Source of the DNA: Phapecoctavirus DIJ07P2
Direction: 5' to 3' (one strand)
DNA length: 64,000 nucleotides
Sequence record: OZ035771.1
Position 1 is the first letter of the stretch; every line of letters begins with the position of its first letter. A program made the translations under genes and the position numbers. Of this stretch, positions 23,767 through 33,210 are shown piece by piece. The notes below the pieces were generated by a model. That model was not told where the DNA came from and searched no databases. It saw only the letters and a program-made list of their open reading frames with translations.

Positions 23767-24496
23767 AAATCTCCTCCTTATATTTTTCGCAAATGCTTTT
23801 ATTTGCAGGTTTATATTTTTCTTTCATCACCTTCAATCTTAGCTTCTCCAGAGCTATAGCACATCTCTCTGGATCGTTGAAACCATATTTGCAATACGTG
23901 GTCTTGTCAAACACAAACTTGAAAAAGAATGTTCTCTCTCTTGTTGCCACAAACACACAACTTAATCCTGAAGTGTTATCTATACGCTTCTTTTCTTTTT
24001 TGATATAAGATCCTTTCAAAATTTCTTGTTTTGCTAAAGCTCTAGCTACAATAGCTTCCTCTTTAGTTTTGAAACCTGAAACAGAGAAAGTTTCTTGGTT
24101 GTAGTTTATAACCCAAAGAAAAACACCATCCTTTTCATAAATACCTTCTAACCCATCCACATGTCTATTATTATTATTTAATAAATAGTTACTATCTAAT
24201 AAATTACTTTCCGCATTATTAAGTTTATTGCCGTCGTCATGGTCTATAACATCTGGACAGTAATTATGGTACATTTTAAAACAAACTCTGTGCTCCAAGT
24301 ATACAATACCATCTATTTTGACATGAGAGTAACCAACTTTATCAATAGTCCCTGCAATCTTCCCTGCGTATCTGCTATTCCACCTTTTGTTCTCTTTTGT
24401 TGTAGAAGGTTTAGGTTTCCAAACAAGACGACCATTCTCCACACTAAACCTTGATAACAAGTAATCTCTATCTGGTAAGGGTTTTCGTTCTATCAT
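23756..24496 (-). CDS. HNH homing endonuclease with AP2-like DNA-binding domain
   Basis: YLEHRVCFKMYHNYCPDVIDHDDGNKLNNAESNL HNH motif; GFKTKEEAIVARA AP2-like segment. Confidence 0.75.
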   Translation of the reverse strand: MIERKPLPDRDYLLSRFSVENGRLVWKPKPSTTKENKRWNSRYAGKIAGTIDKVGYSHVKIDGIVYLEHRVCFKMYHNYCPDVIDHDDGNKLNNAESNLLDSNYLLNNNNRHVDGLEGIYEKDGVFLWVINYNQETFSVSGFKTKEEAIVARALAKQEILKGSYIKKEKKRIDNTSGLSCVFVATRERTFFFKFVFDKTTYCKYGFNDPERCAIALEKLRLKVMKEKYKPANKSICEKYKEEIYAA

Positions 24497-24981
24497 TCAC
24501 CCTCGTCCTCCTCAAATGGATCATAAGAATCATATTCGTAAGTATCATCTTCTGAAAATTCTACTTCAAAGTAAATATCAAACTCTGCAAACAAACGTAG
24601 AATGTTGGACATGCTGTAATAGTTATCATAAGCTTCCTCTGCTTCATAGTAGAGGCGTAGCAAACGTTCAGCTTCTTCATCTTCTACCCATTTATGATCG
24701 ACATAGACAGAAGCAGCGTAGGTATTGTAGGCTTGTTCCCGAATATCGACAAGATTTCGGCTCAACAGTTCAGGGAAGTCCTTATAATTTACATTCAGTC
24801 TTCCGCATAACCACAAAGCAATATCATGCCAATCTGCATCCATACCACTAAAGCAACTTGCTTCTTCTCCAAAAGAAGCTTCTCCTAAATCACCACTAAT
24901 ACGAACAACATTAGATGAATTATAGCCACACGTTTCACAATCAGAGTAACTATTATGCACATTGATATTTACTTGAAACAT
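24493..24981 (-). CDS. highly acidic hypothetical protein (162 aa)
   Basis: Asp/Glu-rich throughout, C-terminus DDTYEYDSYDPFEEDEGE. Confidence 0.5.
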   Translation of the reverse strand: MFQVNINVHNSYSDCETCGYNSSNVVRISGDLGEASFGEEASCFSGMDADWHDIALWLCGRLNVNYKDFPELLSRNLVDIREQAYNTYAASVYVDHKWVEDEEAERLLRLYYEAEEAYDNYYSMSNILRLFAEFDIYFEVEFSEDDTYEYDSYDPFEEDEGE

Positions 24982-25039
24982 ATTCCCTCCTATAAAAGAA
25001 AAGCCCCCTGAAACAGGAGGCTTTGTTCAGATGTTGGCA

Positions 25040-25690
25040 CTATACCAGACTTTGTAGGTATTTGTCAAGGGCTTCTTGATCACCTTGGCAAACATAGCAA
25101 CGAAAGTCTTTAACAGATGGTACTTTATTCTCATCCCAGTCCCACATTATATTACCTTTGTAACGTGAACTAGGGAAGTCGAAAAATGCTGTATGGGTGA
25201 TGTGGTGTGGACCGCCCCAAACCTCTGTAAAGGTGAACTGCGGATACGCTACCTTCACCGCCTCCATAAACCAAGCTTTACGAATCAAAGCATTGTTGAT
25301 AAAATGCGCGTGACGTTCCATTTCTTCCCAGTTCTTCCACACACTTTTCTCGTCAAGGGAGAATACAAGATCCTCTTCAATATACAAGCCATCTTCGCAT
25401 TCATCAAAATCTGCCTCAAGACCTCCTACAGGTTCGTCGAGTCTAACACCATCAAAAGCAGAATATACCCACCAACCATCTTCCAGTAAGGCTTTGATAG
25501 GGACGAAGCCTTTATCAGCATATTGATCGAATTGTTTGACACGGTGGCTTGTGCAGTCTTCAAACTCACATTCTAAACGATATGCACCTTTTCGACGAGC
25601 CTCAAGACCGTGTGTACTGAAAATAACAACACTTCCTTCACCATCATTACGATCTACTTGATAAGCAACCACTGGTTTTGAATTTGACAT
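25040..25690 (-). CDS. hypothetical protein (216 aa) abutting MTase-like gene
   Basis: track ORF; start overlaps stop of 25690..26373. Confidence 0.5.
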   Translation of the reverse strand: MSNSKPVVAYQVDRNDGEGSVVIFSTHGLEARRKGAYRLECEFEDCTSHRVKQFDQYADKGFVPIKALLEDGWWVYSAFDGVRLDEPVGGLEADFDECEDGLYIEEDLVFSLDEKSVWKNWEEMERHAHFINNALIRKAWFMEAVKVAYPQFTFTEVWGGPHHITHTAFFDFPSSRYKGNIMWDWDENKVPSVKDFRCYVCQGDQEALDKYLQSLV

Positions 25691-26373
25691 TATTTCTCCT
25701 TATCTAGAAGATTGTTAGACAAAAACACTGCACGAGCAAAACCACGTGCGGTTAGTGATCTAAGTTGTTTTGTTTTTGCACTAGCTCCACCTAAGCTTTT
25801 CCAACCCCAGAAGCAGCCTATATGATCTACTGGTTTCTTCACTGGTTGAACAAAACCATTGCCGTGCCAAATACAAGTTTTCTTTGTATACCCATCACGG
25901 GTAGGCATTTTAGGATGAAAGCTTCCTTCCTCTTCAAACAAATACCCACCATACTCATAAGGATCAAAGTAAAAATCTGGTTTACGCCATAAGGTTGAAA
26001 GTTTACCTACTGGGTTCTCAATCATCCAAGGAACATTATATTTGTTACCCAAAGCTTCCACTACACGAATATTAGCTAAAGCTTCATCTAATTCCTCTGT
26101 GCTACGTTCGTGTTTGCTACCACTACCTGCTAACATAGTGCAAGGTGGAAATCCAAAAATAATATCGGGTTTAGGTATTCCATGATCTTCAGGGTTGAAT
26201 GTAGAATCTATCCAAGCATTCACATAGGTTATGTTTGGGTGCTCCATCCTAACCTCGTATTTACCGTGATCCCCTTCATCAGCGTTTACACAAAAACACT
26301 TGTGACCTGCTTCGGCATAACGTAACACCATGATCCCAGATCCGTCAAACATAGACAAAACTGTTTTACTCAT
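25690..26373 (-). CDS. compact C5-cytosine methyltransferase-like protein
   Basis: motif I-like LSMFDGSG, motif IV-like FGFPPC, motif VI-like ENPVG; track ORF trimmed to ATG 26373. Confidence 0.45.
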   Translation of the reverse strand: MSKTVLSMFDGSGIMVLRYAEAGHKCFCVNADEGDHGKYEVRMEHPNITYVNAWIDSTFNPEDHGIPKPDIIFGFPPCTMLAGSGSKHERSTEELDEALANIRVVEALGNKYNVPWMIENPVGKLSTLWRKPDFYFDPYEYGGYLFEEEGSFHPKMPTRDGYTKKTCIWHGNGFVQPVKKPVDHIGCFWGWKSLGGASAKTKQLRSLTARGFARAVFLSNNLLDKEK

Positions 26374-26764
26374 TACCCCTCCATTCAAGACAAGCCATAA
26401 CTTTACGCCAATCACTTTCTGTTAGGAAGATCTGTTCTGAACTGATCCACAAATCTAAATCTTCTACATCTGGAAGGCGGTAGCGTAACTCCAAGAGATC
26501 ATGTTCTTCAGGAGAAATGTATCCCAAATGTTCTGCCATATCGTGGAACCAAGCCCAACCGTGCATATTTTTAACTACATGCTCTCGTTGCGTCATGACT
26601 TTACGTTTCAGTCCAAACCAAGAAGTGATTACCACTTTACTCTCTCGGAGACGTTTGTCAATAGCCACTGTTTCTTTTTCGATACTCAACAACTTCACTC
26701 TTGCTTTGTTGAGATCCGCATGTGTTACTTTGAAGTAACTTTGTGACTGATCACACCAACCCAT
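26366..26764 (-). CDS. hypothetical protein (132 aa)
   Basis: track ORF. Confidence 0.45.
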   Translation of the reverse strand: MGWCDQSQSYFKVTHADLNKARVKLLSIEKETVAIDKRLRESKVVITSWFGLKRKVMTQREHVVKNMHGWAWFHDMAEHLGYISPEEHDLLELRYRLPDVEDLDLWISSEQIFLTESDWRKVMACLEWRGNE

Positions 26765-26765
26765 A

Positions 26766-27437
26766 TCAATAACCTCCTTCGTAAGGTTTCACCTTAGCCC
26801 TATCATAATATAACATCTCTGCCTCCTTCCGTTTACGAATAGCTTCTTCTTTACTGTTACCATAGTATAAACTAATATGCTCTCCATTGACTCGGATGTA
26901 TGCAATCCATTTGCCCCTATCTTTTCTGTATTTTACCCCACAAATACCGGATAGATTATCTTTCCTTAGTTTTTGATCATAAGATTGCATTGCGAGTGAA
27001 GCCCACTCACAGGTTTCTTTGCTATAAACATCAGCAGAATTAATTCTGTTTAAGGTTGTGTTTTGTGGTCTACTACCCATATCCTCAACGAAATTCAAAA
27101 AACCTAAGTCCCCCTTCTCTAACCATCTACAGCATACAGAAACTCCACTACCTCCATACTTAGGATAATTCGGTGAGTTCTCATTGGTGCACCTGTCTAT
27201 CATGGCATTGTAGGAATTATATGTATATCTATCCTCAATGAACTTGTAATGGTAACGCTCACAACCACAAGATTTAGTTTTACCAGATTTTAATCTTTCG
27301 GCTGTAGTAACAAACTTCTCACCGCAATGACAAATACAATTCCATTTTGTAGATCGTCCAGTCTCCTTAATTGCTACATCAAGAACTGTTATACCATTGA
27401 ATACCATTCCAGACAGGTTTTCTAATTTCCTCCCCAT
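26766..27437 (-). CDS. homing-endonuclease-like protein with AP2 domains
   Basis: Cys cluster WNCICHCG..KSCGC, VSVCCRW segment, GVKYRKDRGKWIAYIRVNGEHISLYYGNSKEEA AP2 module; start trimmed to ATG 27437. Confidence 0.55.
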   Translation of the reverse strand: MGRKLENLSGMVFNGITVLDVAIKETGRSTKWNCICHCGEKFVTTAERLKSGKTKSCGCERYHYKFIEDRYTYNSYNAMIDRCTNENSPNYPKYGGSGVSVCCRWLEKGDLGFLNFVEDMGSRPQNTTLNRINSADVYSKETCEWASLAMQSYDQKLRKDNLSGICGVKYRKDRGKWIAYIRVNGEHISLYYGNSKEEAIRKRKEAEMLYYDRAKVKPYEGGY

Positions 27438-27438
27438 A

Positions 27439-28374
27439 CTATTCCTCAAAAGGTTTAAGTAAGTGTTTATTAGCGTGGAATCTTTTGATGTAATCATCTT
27501 CTCCCATACTTTCATAAAGCTTCATCACGACATGGAAGGATTCATAGGCATATTCACGAAACCAACCACTAGTGATAGATGTGCAAACTTTAGATAAAGC
27601 CATCATAAAACTTTGCTTAGGTGTTGGACCTCCGATCTCTTCACCGAAAGGAATTTGTGAACGTTCCAAAGCCAAAACACACGCTTCTTCATAAACACCT
27701 AACAGGCGCACATGTTTTGGTTGAGCAAAAAACTTTTCTTTGCTGGTCATAACTTCACTTCCATCTTTCATATAAGATTTATATGCTGGAGCATCCATTA
27801 CCGCGATTGCTTCATGGATAGAATCATGATCATAAACATACGGAACCTCATCACCTTTAAAGAAGTCTTTACTTTTTACGTTTAAGTTCGGATGAGAGTA
27901 AGTGTATGTTTCTTTCTCACGCAACTCATAAATACTCTTAAGATTTTCTGGGATCTTTGCGCCCAGTGACCGCATGAAATGAATATCTTTCATAGTTTTA
28001 AAGAAGTGAGGACTATCCTTTTTAAAACGATGACTCATTTTAAGAAGGTAGAGCACATCTAAAGGAGCAACAACATGTCCAGCGTAAGTTCGACGAACAT
28101 CATCAGAATCTTCACAATAACTAATCAAAGCTTCTGTGCTATCTCCTTGAGAAGCAATATCGTATTCCAAATGTGCACCAGCTATCATTTTGACGTGGCC
28201 TTTGTTCCCTTTACGTTCTACAAGTTCAACAAACTCGTCTTGAGAGAACATTTTTGATAATTCTTCCCACTCTTGTTCTGTACAGAGATAATCTAAATCT
28301 ACACAAGGGCGATACAAGTCTTTTCCCATGTCCATAGCATGAATTTGTAATGCACGGCTACCAATTAACACCAT
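27439..28374 (-). CDS. hypothetical protein with possible nucleotidyltransferase-like motif
   Basis: N-terminal LIGSRAL...VDLDY resembles hG[GS]...DxD of Pol-beta-type NTases but spacing is atypical. Confidence 0.4.
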   Translation of the reverse strand: MVLIGSRALQIHAMDMGKDLYRPCVDLDYLCTEQEWEELSKMFSQDEFVELVERKGNKGHVKMIAGAHLEYDIASQGDSTEALISYCEDSDDVRRTYAGHVVAPLDVLYLLKMSHRFKKDSPHFFKTMKDIHFMRSLGAKIPENLKSIYELREKETYTYSHPNLNVKSKDFFKGDEVPYVYDHDSIHEAIAVMDAPAYKSYMKDGSEVMTSKEKFFAQPKHVRLLGVYEEACVLALERSQIPFGEEIGGPTPKQSFMMALSKVCTSITSGWFREYAYESFHVVMKLYESMGEDDYIKRFHANKHLLKPFEE

Positions 28375-28464
28375 AATATTTCTCCTCTATTGGTTGATAG
28401 GTTAAGTTTATCAAGCTTCCAGATTTCTGTCAATAAAAAACCCGCCGAAGCGGGTTATTATTTA

Positions 28465-28737
28465 CTAACACATTGAGGAAGAAGAGATCCAAACACCTCT
28501 TGTGGTTAAACCATTTTCATCCAACTCTACACCATAATCTTCACAAATGAAATCAATATAGTGATCTGCGGCTGGCGTTCCTGTAGGGTAATAAGTTTCT
28601 CCGTTACCGTAGTCACCTATCCAAGCTTGTTCCTGAAACTGTTCACAAAGTTCTTCGATTTCCTTACGAAACTTTCTTTGTGCTTGTTCCATCTCTTTAA
28701 CTTTCTTTTTTATCAGCAGTTCGCCTTCAGACTCCAC
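28465..28737 (-). CDS. small acidic protein, paralog family B
   Basis: C-terminus RGVWISSSSMC. Confidence 0.5.
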   Translation of the reverse strand: MESEGELLIKKKVKEMEQAQRKFRKEIEELCEQFQEQAWIGDYGNGETYYPTGTPAADHYIDFICEDYGVELDENGLTTRGVWISSSSMC

Positions 28738-28746
28738 AATCTCTCC

Positions 28747-29007
28747 TTAACAGCTACTACTGTGCCAAACGCCTTGAGAATTAACGACGAAACCATCATC
28801 ACCTTCACCATAACAAGAAGAGGATTGCCAATCTTCAAAACAGATTGCGTTATCTTCTAAACTAAGACCAAAACCAGCATCTTCAGCTTCTTTTGTAAGT
28901 TCGTCCACTAAAGCCATAATAGCTTGGGCTTTTTCAGTTAATTCTTCAACATTACGATCACTCATTAGTATTTCTCCTCCGGTTGGAAAACTGAACGACA
29001 AGCCCAC
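28747..29007 (-). CDS. small acidic protein, paralog family B (two motif copies)
   Basis: internal EDWQSSSC and C-terminal QGVWHSSSC. Confidence 0.5.
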   Translation of the reverse strand: MGLSFSFPTGGEILMSDRNVEELTEKAQAIMALVDELTKEAEDAGFGLSLEDNAICFEDWQSSSCYGEGDDGFVVNSQGVWHSSSC

Positions 29008-29279
29008 ATACTAGCTTCTTTTAAATGTTTAATAGCACAACGGATTTGATCAATACGCTCGTATGCAACATCTAATTCTTTTTCTGTGCCGTCAAAAGAC
29101 CCATGATATGCTTCACAATACTCTTCCTCTAAAGCTTTGAAGATTAAACCTAAACGCTCTTCTGCATCTTTAATAGCGTTAACCTTGCCAATCTTATCGT
29201 CAGTATGCGCCTTATAACCTTTGATATCTTCGATTCCCACTTTACCTCCTATTAACAACTTAAAGAAGATGGATGCCAA
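28965..29279 (-). CDS. hypothetical protein (104 aa)
   Basis: track ORF. Confidence 0.4.
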   Translation of the reverse strand: MASIFFKLLIGGKVGIEDIKGYKAHTDDKIGKVNAIKDAEERLGLIFKALEEEYCEAYHGSFDGTEKELDVAYERIDQIRCAIKHLKEASMWACRSVFQPEEKY

Positions 29280-29449
29280 TTTGTCCCAGTATTCTCATTT
29301 TCATCTTCTGGATCATAATAACCACCCATCCCATATTCAGGGGAGAAACGGAAACCTTCTCCAGTCTCGTCTGCTAACTGCTCTGCTTCCGCTAAAGCAT
29401 CATAAGCTGCTTTTACGGCTTCTTCTACTGTTTTAAACTTGGTCGTCAT
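29252..29449 (-). CDS. small acidic protein, paralog family B
   Basis: C-terminus TNWHPSSLSC. Confidence 0.5.
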   Translation of the reverse strand: MTTKFKTVEEAVKAAYDALAEAEQLADETGEGFRFSPEYGMGGYYDPEDENENTGTNWHPSSLSC

Positions 29450-29723
29450 AAAATTTCTCCTCTCCTAAAGACATGGTGACATGAAATGCACGATATGTAA
29501 ATTCGTTGTCCGTTGTATTTGAATAAAACTCAAATTGAACAACACCGTCTTGAGAAGACAAATACATGCCAATTTGAACTGTACCTTCTGGTACTAGGTA
29601 AGCATACTCTGGGCGTAGTGTTACATTGTAAAAATAAAGTTCACCAACACCCATTTCATCCCAAGCTTCCCAAGCGGTAACGAAGTTACTTTCAAAACTT
29701 GTTACTGATCCGAACTCTGCCAT
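29433..29723 (-). CDS. hypothetical protein (96 aa)
   Basis: track ORF. Confidence 0.45.
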   Translation of the reverse strand: MAEFGSVTSFESNFVTAWEAWDEMGVGELYFYNVTLRPEYAYLVPEGTVQIGMYLSSQDGVVQFEFYSNTTDNEFTYRAFHVTMSLGEEKFYDDQV

Positions 29724-30214
29724 AAAACCTCCTCAATTTTGTAGTTTGACTCCATCTCCAACACATTTCCACGAACGTCTCTCCGAAGAAAGGCATAAGC
29801 TTTATTAGGTATTGTAGACTCATATTTAACCATATCTGGCACAGCAAAAGATACTACTACTCCTGCTGGGCTTCTGTCAAGAGCCTTATTAATATTTCTA
29901 AGGATATCGTTAGCCAAGATTTCTGCCAATTCTCCAAGAACAGTTTCTGTTATATCTTTATATCCCATTAAGTATTTGTTGATATCTTTCATCTCCGTAT
30001 TGTTCAGAGTATAGTCCAAAGGATAGAAATTCAAAGCGGAGTCACTTTTATGTGTCCACATGAAATGCACCCGATCCGAGCAGAATCGTAACCCTCTTTG
30101 AAGAATATCTTCTACAACAGGCAGAATTTCTTTTGTCACATCATTAACCATGTTGTAATCTAAGATTTCTGCCAAGTTTGTTCTTTGTTCACCACGTTTA
30201 CGTTTAGGAATCAC
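29702..30214 (-). CDS. hypothetical protein (170 aa)
   Basis: track ORF. Confidence 0.5.
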   Translation of the reverse strand: MIPKRKRGEQRTNLAEILDYNMVNDVTKEILPVVEDILQRGLRFCSDRVHFMWTHKSDSALNFYPLDYTLNNTEMKDINKYLMGYKDITETVLGELAEILANDILRNINKALDRSPAGVVVSFAVPDMVKYESTIPNKAYAFLRRDVRGNVLEMESNYKIEEVLWQSSDQ

Positions 30215-30809
30215 TTGTTATTGCCCTCATTACCAAAGGTCGTAGAAAATCGTAAATCTCTTGTTTTGTTTTCCCACGAATGTTTAAACAAGGAACATTA
30301 TTGGCTTTAGCTATCTTCCAAGCCGTAGCTGTTCCACCTTTTGCATCTCCATGTTTATCAGTATTAGCACAAGCCAACAAGAAACATGATGGAGCAGGAT
30401 TCTCCAAATCTCTACCTAACACTTGATGCACATTACGTTGGTGCAATTTTCTAGCACCCTGCTTAAGCTTTTCATAGGCTGGGTGAACATCTTTGATCCA
30501 TTGCACAGAGATAGCATAGTTCATTGTATCTGGTTTTGCAAGAACAATAACATCCCCTGGAATCTGATTACCTTTGAAATTTTCCCAAGGAACATAAATC
30601 TCCTTGTTAGTAGGATTTTCAGACTCTTGGACACCTGTTTCAAAAGCAGAATCACTACCCTCTGCCTTCCCAGACCTTAATTTAAACCCAAGGTTTGAAA
30701 GCCATTTCCCTATGCCTACCATCAAAGCCCACTCTTCTTCGGATATGTCTCTACTTCCAACTCCCGTATAGAACAGTTCTGCCATAATCACCTCAACAAG
30801 TAATTTCAA
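30204..30809 (-). CDS. Rossmann-like (DprA/SLOG-type) nucleotide-binding protein
   Basis: GVGSRDIS ... RSGKAEGSDSAFETG pattern resembling the GxGxR / SGxAxGxD signature. Confidence 0.4.
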   Translation of the reverse strand: MKLLVEVIMAELFYTGVGSRDISEEEWALMVGIGKWLSNLGFKLRSGKAEGSDSAFETGVQESENPTNKEIYVPWENFKGNQIPGDVIVLAKPDTMNYAISVQWIKDVHPAYEKLKQGARKLHQRNVHQVLGRDLENPAPSCFLLACANTDKHGDAKGGTATAWKIAKANNVPCLNIRGKTKQEIYDFLRPLVMRAITSDS

Positions 30810-31101
30810 AAGGTGTATAGGGTTCCGTATTTCTCATGATCCAAGGACTGCTAGGATTGCTCGGATCATAAGGACCAAAAGGTTTTATGGTAGGTTGTGT
30901 TTCTTTCTTCTGAATCTCTTCAAAAATACGACGAAGTTCAGAATATTCTTGATCCACCATAAGATTCGGTGCATCTGATTCTACAGCTTGCAGATTATCT
31001 TCCTTAAAAAGAATCTCACGAACAAGATTAACATCTTCTGTTTCTAAGATAACTTCTTTACGGATATTGCCTACACTTTGAATAATTGTAATCTTATACA
31101 T
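30793..31101 (-). CDS. hypothetical protein (102 aa)
   Basis: track ORF. Confidence 0.45.
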   Translation of the reverse strand: MYKITIIQSVGNIRKEVILETEDVNLVREILFKEDNLQAVESDAPNLMVDQEYSELRRIFEEIQKKETQPTIKPFGPYDPSNPSSPWIMRNTEPYTPFEITC

Positions 31102-31844
31102 TAATCCTCCTCAAGAGTTGAATAAAATTGAAGACCACCGTCCATATCGAAATAAGCAAATGTTAAGTTATTATTGAACACAGATCCAGTATCCATATAA
31201 ACACGATTCGCATTGATAATAGGTGTTTTTACATAAGAGTGTCCATGAAACACATAGTCCACACCCATCACAACAGGAAGTTTCATTCCCTCTTTAGCAC
31301 AGTCCACCATATCTCTGTCCCACATAAGTGCTTCAGCAAAACGGTTTTCCTGTGTTTTTGTCATCTTCAAAGTGTATTCTGGAATATCTGTTACAGGGAG
31401 ATATTCCAAAGAAGATGGATACCCACCATGAATAAACGCAAGTTTCATGCCTCTGTAGTTAACAATGAGAACAACAGGTAAATCTTCTGTCATCATTGCT
31501 AAGGCTGTAGCTCCTTCTTCACCACATTCTTCAAGGACTGTATATCCTCCATTTTGATACCAACACTCGAAGTAGCTACGATCTCCTTCCAGCATAGCTT
31601 TAATCATCATGTCTTCATGATTTCCACGAATAGCATAGCGATTGTGTTTACGAGTAAATTCTAAAACACAACGAAAGTTTTGCTTTCCACGGTCAGTAAG
31701 ATCTCCTAAAGATACAACTACATCTGTATCTCGGATACCTAACTTTGCCTTTCCTTTTTCATACAAATTATAACAACCGTGCAGATCTCCAATTATAAAA
31801 AGATCTTGATCGCTTTTAACAGTAATTTCTCTATGTATGATCAC
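31101..31844 (-). CDS. Ser/Thr protein phosphatase (PPP / lambda-phosphatase family)
   Basis: GDLHG, GDLTDRG, GNHE metallophosphatase motifs. Confidence 0.8.
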   Translation of the reverse strand: MIIHREITVKSDQDLFIIGDLHGCYNLYEKGKAKLGIRDTDVVVSLGDLTDRGKQNFRCVLEFTRKHNRYAIRGNHEDMMIKAMLEGDRSYFECWYQNGGYTVLEECGEEGATALAMMTEDLPVVLIVNYRGMKLAFIHGGYPSSLEYLPVTDIPEYTLKMTKTQENRFAEALMWDRDMVDCAKEGMKLPVVMGVDYVFHGHSYVKTPIINANRVYMDTGSVFNNNLTFAYFDMDGGLQFYSTLEED

Positions 31845-32170
31845 TTATCCTCCTCAAAATCTAAGAAAATAAAAATATTCACCTTTCCTTCAATCTTTTG
31901 TTCTAAAACAAGATCGGCAAATTCTGCATAAGCTTTCTCTTCAACTTTTTCAATATGCTCTGCGGCATCTTTAAAAGGTGTATCCCCATCCACCTTTACT
32001 AATAAGAAAAGAGATCGCATTTCGACGCTTTTACTGTTACGAGGAAGGAAATCTACAGCTTCAACAATTCTCCAACCCAAATAGCCAGGAGTTTTATGAA
32101 TCTCCCCTAAATGCTTTTCTAAGATTTTACGACCCTCGTCGATAAGGGCTTGTTCTGTAGTAATTTCCAT
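31841..32170 (-). CDS. hypothetical protein (109 aa)
   Basis: track ORF. Confidence 0.5.
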   Translation of the reverse strand: MEITTEQALIDEGRKILEKHLGEIHKTPGYLGWRIVEAVDFLPRNSKSVEMRSLFLLVKVDGDTPFKDAAEHIEKVEEKAYAEFADLVLEQKIEGKVNIFIFLDFEEDK

Positions 32171-32180
32171 TCCTTCCTCC

Positions 32181-32771
32181 TCAAATTATTAACGAAACCG
32201 CATGACTAAATTTTGGTTCAGATATAACCTCTGCTACAGTCACATATGTATCGTGCAGCCAAAAAGATTCTACTCTACAAACACAAATACCGTTGATAAT
32301 GAAATCTACACAGGCTTTATTATTTTCGCACACTTGTTGTCTATAAACAACCCCTAAAGAGTCATAAAGTGATCTCACTGTTGCTACCATTTCATCTGTT
32401 TCATCTTCGTGCGAAACAAAGAAAACGAATACAGACAAGTTGTTAGCGAAAGTACTGCTATTCTCTACTTCAACCGACTTACAAGGTAAAAAGGAGTAAT
32501 ATTTACCGTTAGGTATCAATTTCGCCTCAACCTGGTTAAGTATGCTTTGAGATGGTTTTGTTACATAAAAAAGATTTTCTGTTGGGTTTTCAACATTACT
32601 CCTTACTATGCAACGAGTGGGGTTCGAAGGATCAAAAACATGATCGAAATCGACACACACAGGTAAGTTAACAACTTTAAACTTTTTGCTAAGAATGCTT
32701 ACTGCGGTAAAAATCAAACCAGCGTTTATTTTGCCAGTGAAAGTTGAACGCATAACTACTCCTCGGATCAT
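32181..32771 (-). CDS. hypothetical protein (196 aa)
   Basis: track ORF. Confidence 0.45.
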   Translation of the reverse strand: MIRGVVMRSTFTGKINAGLIFTAVSILSKKFKVVNLPVCVDFDHVFDPSNPTRCIVRSNVENPTENLFYVTKPSQSILNQVEAKLIPNGKYYSFLPCKSVEVENSSTFANNLSVFVFFVSHEDETDEMVATVRSLYDSLGVVYRQQVCENNKACVDFIINGICVCRVESFWLHDTYVTVAEVISEPKFSHAVSLII

Positions 32772-32962
32772 TCTACCAAAGAGAATTCCGCCTCTTCCAG
32801 GTAGATTACAGACCTTGTTGCATGATATTTAACGCTCCAGAAATTACCTTCGCGCCGTAAAAGTATCTCATTCACATCAAGATTACTTAGAAAAACCATA
32901 TAACTTAAAGCTTGTTGACGCGTTGAGAATTGTTTCTCTAAAAGTTCTTCTCCGCTCTGCAT
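32768..32962 (-). CDS. hypothetical protein (64 aa)
   Basis: track ORF. Confidence 0.4.
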   Translation of the reverse strand: MQSGEELLEKQFSTRQQALSYMVFLSNLDVNEILLRREGNFWSVKYHATRSVIYLEEAEFSLVE

Positions 32963-33210
32963 AATCCCTCCTTAAAAATACTCCCTCCGAGAAGGGAGTA
33001 TAAGTATATCACGTAGTTGTTATGTTGTCTTCTTGGATACCAGAATCCACTTCTGCAAACATATCTTCTGCACTGTAATTATTTCCAGTCCAGCGTGATA
33101 GAAGGATAGCACCAATCTCTTTTGCATGAGATTCAGACTCCGCATAAACGTTAGTCCCAGTGTCACCTTTTTCTTTTCATGTGCATAAATGCAGTAATAA
33201 TTGTAAGCCA

